Below, piece by piece: positions 57,291-64,000 of a stretch of DNA of 64,000 nt. The DNA comes from Octopus vulgaris. Its lineage: Eukaryota. Where the stretch lies: positions 71,796,001 to 71,860,000 of the forward strand of contig OX597817.1 of NCBI GenBank assembly GCA_951406725.2, written 5' to 3'. A program made the translations under genes and the position numbers. The first letter of the stretch is position 1. Each line of letters begins with the position of its first letter. Below the pieces are notes generated by a model. That model was not told where the DNA came from. It made no database searches and saw only the letters and a list, made by a program, of their open reading frames with translations.

Positions 57291-58029
57291 TACATACATA
57301 CATTCATACATGTATGCATGCATACGCATATAAGAGAGAAGCGAAATGCCAATTTCAAAGATTGGCTCAAGAACACTAGTTTAGTTATAGGCATAAACTA
57401 CAGATCAAATACTTGTATGAAACTTAATTTTATTGATTCCATAAGGTTGGAAGTCAAAGCTCGACGTTATTTATATTTCAAAGTTAACGTTATTATGTCT
57501 CATTGTACACCAATCAATATTTCGAGGGTTATTACCCTGATAATAGTCTAACGAATATTAAATGCTTAAGAAATATCATCTACAATGTAATCTAATCTCG
57601 GCCTTCTCACATAAAATGTAATACGATCTTGTGTATCGTCAAAAGTATCGCAGGAGTACAAGATATAATGGATAACCAATGTTTGCTGAACACAGCTGCA
57701 ACTCGACTAAAGGATGTTCTCAGCCGGAAACAGCTCTATCCATTAACTCAGACGGCTTGAGAATAACTGCTACATATCAACCTGTATGTTCTGGTAATGA
57801 CTTTAAACAGCATTCGGTTATAGGAACCTGCTCTGTAGTACCAAGGTTTTGAGGAGAGAGGAATTACTTCTTAACCACTATTGTTCTCAAATCTACTTTG
57901 ACCCAGAGTAGTAGCATTAGAATTCTCTTTGTCTTTCTTTCTTTTTCTCACCATCGCTCTCTCTCCCTCACTCCTTATATATATTCGAAACTGCAACTCC
58001 AAATAACCATACAATAACACCATACAAAC

Positions 58030-58320
58030 ACCAGTTGCCGACGTCACCTAAATTTAGACCAATGAAATTTTACAAATACAAGTTGCTGACGTCACTTAAC
58101 TCTTGAACAATGAAAATTTACCTCCGACAAAAACCGAACTTTAGCAAATACAACAAAAATGAACCTTTAAGAGAATCAACTACCTGGAACAGCTGATGAC
58201 CGTTCCTCACAGGGAAGCTAGCCAGGCAGAACGACACACATGACTATCAGAAAAACAAGACGTCACACTAATGTAATGAATCAAAAATCAGATCCGTTCG
58301 CGGAAAAAGTTATAAATATA
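58030..58320 (+). promoter_or_regulatory. Promoter-like motif cluster (CRE/CCAAT/TATA) within a probable TE remnant
   Basis: Two ~48-bp repeats each with GACGTCA followed by CAATG (TGACGTCA 58087-94; CCAAT 58059-63), a third GACGTCA at ~58259, and TATAAATA 58311-18. Confidence 0.35.
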
Positions 58321-58861
58321 CCGCATTCCAAAAAAGTGCCGTCAAAAGCTAAAGTTCCTGCACACGACGGAAAGAGAATATAAACTGCAAACCAAATCCA
58401 TTTTTTTATTATCTTCATTTCTCCCTCTTAATTCAGCATGACTGAAACTTTAATGATATTCATTTCTTTTTGAAACTATTGAATTTTATACATTATAAAC
58501 AAGTTGATCGACAGTTTTTATATTATTGACTTGTAAACATTGAAACTTTTAAACACGCTTTTCTAATTCATAATTCTAAATGTTTACCATTGATAAACAA
58601 AAAATATCGTTGAAACTTACTCGGCATATATGTAAATAGAGTTATTCTAAAAGAATTACATGTTTTTCAAATTTAGGTGCATTTTCAACAACTAATTTGC
58701 CTATATATATATATAGTTATAAATGACAGAAATTTTTTCATGAAATTTATTTAAAAAAGAAAAAAATCTAATATCACATTTGTCGTGATATTGTACAATG
58801 ATACATTAAGGAGCTTTGTATGAGTGCAACCAGATTACTTGAATACATACACTGTGACTTA

Positions 58862-58927
<66 letters not shown>

Positions 58928-59954
58928 ATTCACATGCGAATACACATACACACACGTTTGAACTTAGAAAGAGTAGGTAAAATGCTGAAACCAAAGATAC
59001 AGTGTAAATATTTATCGTAGTGTTGCCATTACTCTTTATGGCAAGTCCGAGCTTCATAACGTAAAAGTCGCTTGTCGACTAATCTATTTGTTATGTATGA
59101 AGTACGGTCTTTATAACAGAACATTTCTTGCTGGTGAGTGATTCGATAAAAAAGGACTTAACTGGGAAATGATGAAAAATGATTCATATATAAAGGGAAA
59201 CTCGTGTGTGTGCGTGCGTGTGTGTGTGTGTGTGCGTATGTGTGCTTCGTGCTAGGGGTTAGGTAACCGTCCGAATATGTAACACTGCGCTCGTCAGAGG
59301 TTGCCGTTATGGAATAAAATAAGGCAACTGCTCTCTATTGTTGGAGGTGCATAGGCACATCCGGTTTGTGGTTGCTGTGAAAGAGCTGAAACGAATCGAG
59401 CAGTGTATTAGTACCAAAACATCGTCTCAGGGACGGTTTTGATGCAAGTTTGCTTGAGTTTTTCTGGCAAAGAGTTTGTGGGCAATGCGTATGTCTTTAA
59501 GATTAGTGTTTTTGTGGAAATAGAATGTGCGTACTGGTATTATATTTATAGCCTTTGCGGTGGCGGGGAGCATGCACATCTGTATTCGTTAGTTTGTTTC
59601 CTCTCTTTTATTTCTTGGGGCATTTATGTGTGCATGCGATGTGTGTAGGGATACAATGTGTGGGAGCTTATATTGGGGGTAGTGGGAAAAAGTCTACTGG
59701 TAAATGTCCACAAAGCTGGGGCGTGTATGTTTGTGGACGCATTAGTGTACCGGTCAAACTCTGCTGGACTCCCAGGTATTGGTGGAGAGTCTTGACTATA
59801 ATCACAAATCCCCAACTCTCTACCAGTGCTTGGGAGTCAGACAAAGAGTTTGACCAGAACATCCAATAAGGCACCCATAAACAAGCACAAACGAATAAGA
59901 ACAAAATGTCGCTAAACGTTTCTGTCACTCCGTTACCTTGCATTCACATATATT

Positions 59955-60222
59955 AGTTTCAAGACTAGCAATTTCGAATGATGCGTGGGGTAAGTAGATT
60001 ACATCAACCCCAGTACTCAGCTTGGCAAAATCGACATAAATCCGGACGAAATGCCGCTAAGCATTTTCCCTGGCGTGCTATCGATTACATCGACCCCTGT
60101 ATTTGACTGGTTCTTATTTTAATCGACCCCAAAGGATAAAAATTAAAGTCAACTTTGGCAGCATTTGAAGTAAGAACGTGAAGCCAGCGGAAATGTCCCG
60201 GATGATTCTGCTAGCTTACCAT
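59955..60222 (-). mobile_element. Two SINE family A fragments, diverged
   Basis: GATTACATCGACCCC..ACTGGT.CTTATTTTAATCGACCCC.AAGGAT.AAA and GACGAAATGCCGCTAAGCATTTT. Confidence 0.75.
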
Positions 60223-60703
60223 TTTGTTGATACATGTCATAAAGTTTCATTTGACGCTTTGTCATCTTTCCGGCATTGTTCATAATGAAAACAATACACT
60301 GCAATTATTCCCATAATTAGCAGTTTTTCCTTACATTCAACTACACTAAGTTTGCAAAATACACTTATCCTGACATCACCACCGCCACCACAACCACTAC
60401 AACCGCCACCGCCACTACCACCACTGCCACCACCGCCACCACTACCACCACTAAACAGTATGTAGTTTTTTCTCATCTTCAAACTTAAAAGATATTTAGT
60501 TCCAGCTATTTTCCTATTTTGCTGATCCATTCACGGTATCAAATCGCGGAAATTGTATCATAGTTAATGAGCAACATACGAGAAACACTGTTAATTCTTG
60601 GTTGCGTTGGCAATAGAACTTGCCTATTATATCATATTCGTAAACTACATTTTACTTAAGTTGTTGGAAAGCTCCTTGCATCTGGGTGATTAGTGCCCTG
60701 TGT

Positions 60704-61002
60704 TGCAAGTAGACTCTAAAATAGACTACCTAATTAAGACATGGTTAGATTAGATTTCTGTGTTGTGTAAATTCATAGAAGCATTGAAATGTCGATAGAG
60801 ATATATTCGAGGCTCAACTTTTGAACATTCATGTGTTAATAGATAGTTGAAGCTGTTTCAACTAGCTATTAACACATGAATCTTCAAGACTTGAACCTTC
60901 GAATGTATTTCTATTGACATTTCAATGCTTCCATGAAGTTACATTAGACGGAAATCTAATCTACACGTCTTAATGAGGCAGTCTATTTTAGCGTCTACTG
61001 CA
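60704..61002. mobile_element. Spacer-less ~300-bp fold-back (MITE-like)
   Basis: ~145-bp inverted arms around the loop at 60852-60856 (ATTCATGTGTTAATAG/CTATTAACACATGAAT; GAAGCATTGAAATGTC/GACATTTCAATGCTTC; TAAAATAGACT/AGTCTATTTTA). Confidence 0.85.
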
Positions 61003-61245
61003 CACACACACACAAACACACACTCACACACACAAACACACACACACTCACACAACACACATAACAAAGACATACATACACTCATACACACGCATACACA
61101 AACAAACATCTTTGTTTCTCAGTTCTTCACAGCGTCCTGACATTCTACAAAATAAGAAAGAAATGTGGAGTGGCAACAGGTCGAGAGAGTGTCAGTTAAA
61201 ATGTAGGGAAAATAAATGTGGTTTTATCTTTTCTGTAACTATATA

Positions 61246-61282
<37 letters not shown>

Positions 61283-61402
61283 ACAATCAAGGAACGGCCA
61301 TAATAGGCCATTCACCCACTAGAAATAACAGCCAAAAGCTTTAACTGCAAAATAACATTAATTCCGTAAACCAGGAGAAAATTGAAAAACGTTTACCCTG
61401 TA

Positions 61403-61508
61403 ATTTCTTAGACGATGCACCGTTTCATCTACCGTTTAATGGTAAACTAACCTGATTAAATTAAATCAAGCCAATCCACCATAGGCCCTTAGACTCATCA
61501 TAAGAAAT
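61403..61508 (-). ncRNA. Type I hammerhead copy lacking core C3 (probably inactive)
   Basis: Reverse complement reads ATTTCTTA-TGATGA-GTCTA..; otherwise it matches 62305-62411. Confidence 0.75.
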
Positions 61509-62304
61509 AGCCAAGTCGGAACAGATATTTTTCACGAGGCATTCCTCTTGCTACCTCGGCAATATCTGACCTAAAATTTTCAAATCATACTCGCGCCAAA
61601 TTTATCGGCAGCAAATAAATATAAGCCACCGATTCCATTACGGAACTAACCAGAAAATTCATAATTAATCAATATAGGGTGGCAAAAATGTTGTAGAATT
61701 CTTTTGCCACCAGCGGCCAGTGGGAAAAAATTAAATAGTCATAAACCATTTTTAAATTCAACATCAACAATCAAGGAACGGCCATAATAGGCCATTCACC
61801 CACTAGAAATAACAGCCAAAAGCTTTAACCGCAAAATAACATTAATTCCGTAAACCAGGAGAAAATTGAAAAACGTTTACCCATTAAACGGTAGATGAAA
61901 CGGTGCATCGTCTAAGAAATTACAGGGTAAACGTTTTTCAATTTTCTCCTGGTTTACGGAATTAATGTTATTTTGCGGTTAAAGCTTTTGGCTGTTAATT
62001 CTAGTGGGTGAATGGCCTATTATGGCCGTTCCTTGATTGTTGATGTTGAATTTAAAAATGGTTTATGACTATTTAATTTTTTCCCACTCGGCCGCTGGTG
62101 GCAAAAGAATTCTACAACATTTTTTTGCCACCCTATATTGATTAATTATGAATTTTCTGGTTAGTTCCGTAATGGAATCGGTGGCTTATATTTATTTGCT
62201 GCCGATAAATTTGGCGCGAGTGCGACGATTTGAAAATTTTAGGTCAGATATTGCCGAGGTAGCAAGAGGAATGCCTCGTGAAAAATATCTGTTCCGACTT
62301 GGCT

Positions 62305-62411
62305 ATTTCTTACTGATGAGTCTAAGGGCCTATGGTGGATTGGCTTGATTTAATTTAATCAGGTTAGTTTACCATTAAACGGTAGATGAAACGGTGCATC
62401 GTCTAAGAAAT
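62305..62411 (+). ncRNA. Type I hammerhead ribozyme, canonical core, GUC site
   Basis: Stem I ATTTCTTA(62305-12)/TAAGAAAT(62404-11); CTGATGA 62313-19; stem II GTCTA/TAGAT plus a 19-bp extension hairpin; GAAA 62388-91; stem III ACG-GTGCAT-CGT; cleavage 3' of C62403. Confidence 0.9.
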
Positions 62412-62795
62412 TACAGGGTAAACGTTTTTCAATTTTCTCCTGGTTTACGGAATTAATGTTATTTTGCGGTTAAAGCTTTTGGCTGTTATTTCTAGTGGGT
62501 GAATGGCCTATTATGGCCGTTCCTTGATTGTTGATGTTGAATTTTAAAATGGTTTATGACTATTTAATTTTTTCCCACTGGGCCGCTGGTGGCAAAAGAA
62601 TTCTACAACATTTTTTTGCCACCCTATATTGATTAATTATGAATTTTCTGGTTAGTTCCGTAATGGAATCGGTGGCTTATATTTATTTGCTGCCGATAAA
62701 TTTGGCGCGAGTGCGACGATTTGAAAATTTTAGGTCAGATATTGCCGAGGTAGCAAGAGGAATGCCTCGTGAAAAATATCTGTTCCGACTTGGCT

Positions 62796-62902
62796 ATTTC
62801 TTACTGATGAGTCTAAGGGCCTATGGTGGATTGGCTTGATTTAATTTAATCAGGTTAGTTTACCATTAAACGGTAGATGAAACGGTGCATCGTTTAAGAA
62901 AT
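62796..62902 (+). ncRNA. Type I hammerhead ribozyme, second tandem copy, GUU site
   Basis: Same as the previous copy except C17 is U (T62894). Confidence 0.85.
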
Positions 62903-63124
62903 TACAGGGTAAACGTTTTTCAATTTTCTCCTGGTTTACGGAATTAATGTTATTTTGCGGTTAAAGCTTTTGGCTGTTATTTCTAGTGGGTGAATGGCCT
63001 ATTATGGCCGTTCCTTGATTGTTGATGTTGAATTTAAAAATGGTTTATGACTATTTAATTTTTTTCCCACTGGGCCGCTGGTGGCAAAAGAATTCTACAA
63101 AATTTTTTTGCCACCCTATATTGA

Positions 63125-63183
<59 letters not shown>

Positions 63184-63190
63184 CATATAA

Positions 63191-63221
<31 letters not shown>

Positions 63222-63289
63222 TATATATACATACACACACACACATATATATATAAATATATACATATATATATGCATATATATATACG

Positions 63290-63370
<81 letters not shown>

Positions 63371-63383
63371 TTATTTACATGTA

Positions 63384-63414
<31 letters not shown>

Positions 63415-63416
63415 AC

Positions 63417-63452
<36 letters not shown>

Positions 63453-63635
63453 TTCTCTCTCTATATATATAAAGAGCTAAATAGATACGAAGAGAAAGAA
63501 AAGAAAAGGGAGAGAAACACTATCAGTGAGTGAAAATGCGATAAATATACGAGACATGTGTATATGTAAAATTCTTTGGATTTATGCATGTATCTATATA
63601 TGTATACGAATTTATGTTTGTTTGTGTACATATAT

Positions 63636-63695
<60 letters not shown>

Positions 63696-64000
63696 AATAT
63701 ATGTATACATGTATATATATGTATATATATGCACATGCGTATTTATATAATATATCTATATATATATATACATATGTTTATATATACATATACTTAACGT
63801 TAAATATATATATATATATATATATGTATGTATATATGTATGTATGTATGTATGTATATATATAGGCATATGGAGACACACACGTATGTGTATGTTAGTA
63901 TGCATGAATGGTTGGTGTGGGTGTTGTAATTGTTGTTTTAGGTGGTGGCGGTGGTGATGTCAGGAGAGGTTGATTTCATTTTCAAGCCTGATAACAGACG

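Larger units (their letters stand above)
61279..63132. mobile_element. Tandem plus inverted array of a 491-bp HHR-containing unit (retrozyme / Penelope pLTR-type) inserted in (TA)n
   Basis: Plus arm 61881-63132 is ~2.5 near-identical units (period 491; CTGATGA at 62313 and 62804). Minus arm 61279-61882 is ~1.2 units. Both outer ends abut (TA)n. Confidence 0.9.

Noticed and set aside
60380-60452. Gly-rich ORF segment and its inverted echo near 63940-63963
   Set aside because: It is an (ACC)n-type trinucleotide repeat with only a short shared flank (CCTGACATCACCACCGCCACCA). The window end prevents evaluation.
62148-62348. 66-aa ORF repeated identically at 62639-62839
   Set aside because: Identity follows from the tandem repeat. 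It has no recognisable domain, overlaps RNA helices and the ribozyme, and is disrupted in the inverted copy. Coding is not excluded but is unsupported.

Overview
AT-rich, microsatellite-dense animal genomic DNA, most likely intronic or intergenic. The SINE families resemble those I recall from octopus genomes; this attribution is inferred and not database-checked. I found no intact protein-coding gene, and almost all listed ORFs are translations of (TA)n, (CA)n or (TATC)n tracts. The window is a mosaic of mobile-element remnants: more than 25 tRNA-derived SINE copies from at least 4 families, Dong/R4-type RLE retrotransposon remnants in (TAA)n, two ORF1-only (gag-like, zinc-knuckle) L1/Tx1-type elements, Helitron/Helentron and mariner derivatives, and several long fold-backs. 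The standout signal is a set of non-coding repeats in (TA)n that carry type I hammerhead ribozyme (HHR) motifs. The best case is a near-identical 491-bp unit arranged as tandem plus inverted copies (61279-63132). It has a complete canonical HHR, a stem II extension in which all six arm differences are G-U wobbles, and a self-complementary stem III, so it is a candidate retrozyme/Penelope-pLTR-type source of a ~491-nt circular RNA. An unrelated 545-bp unit (21017-21779) has the same architecture, and several degenerate or variant HHRs occur elsewhere. All pairings were read by eye.
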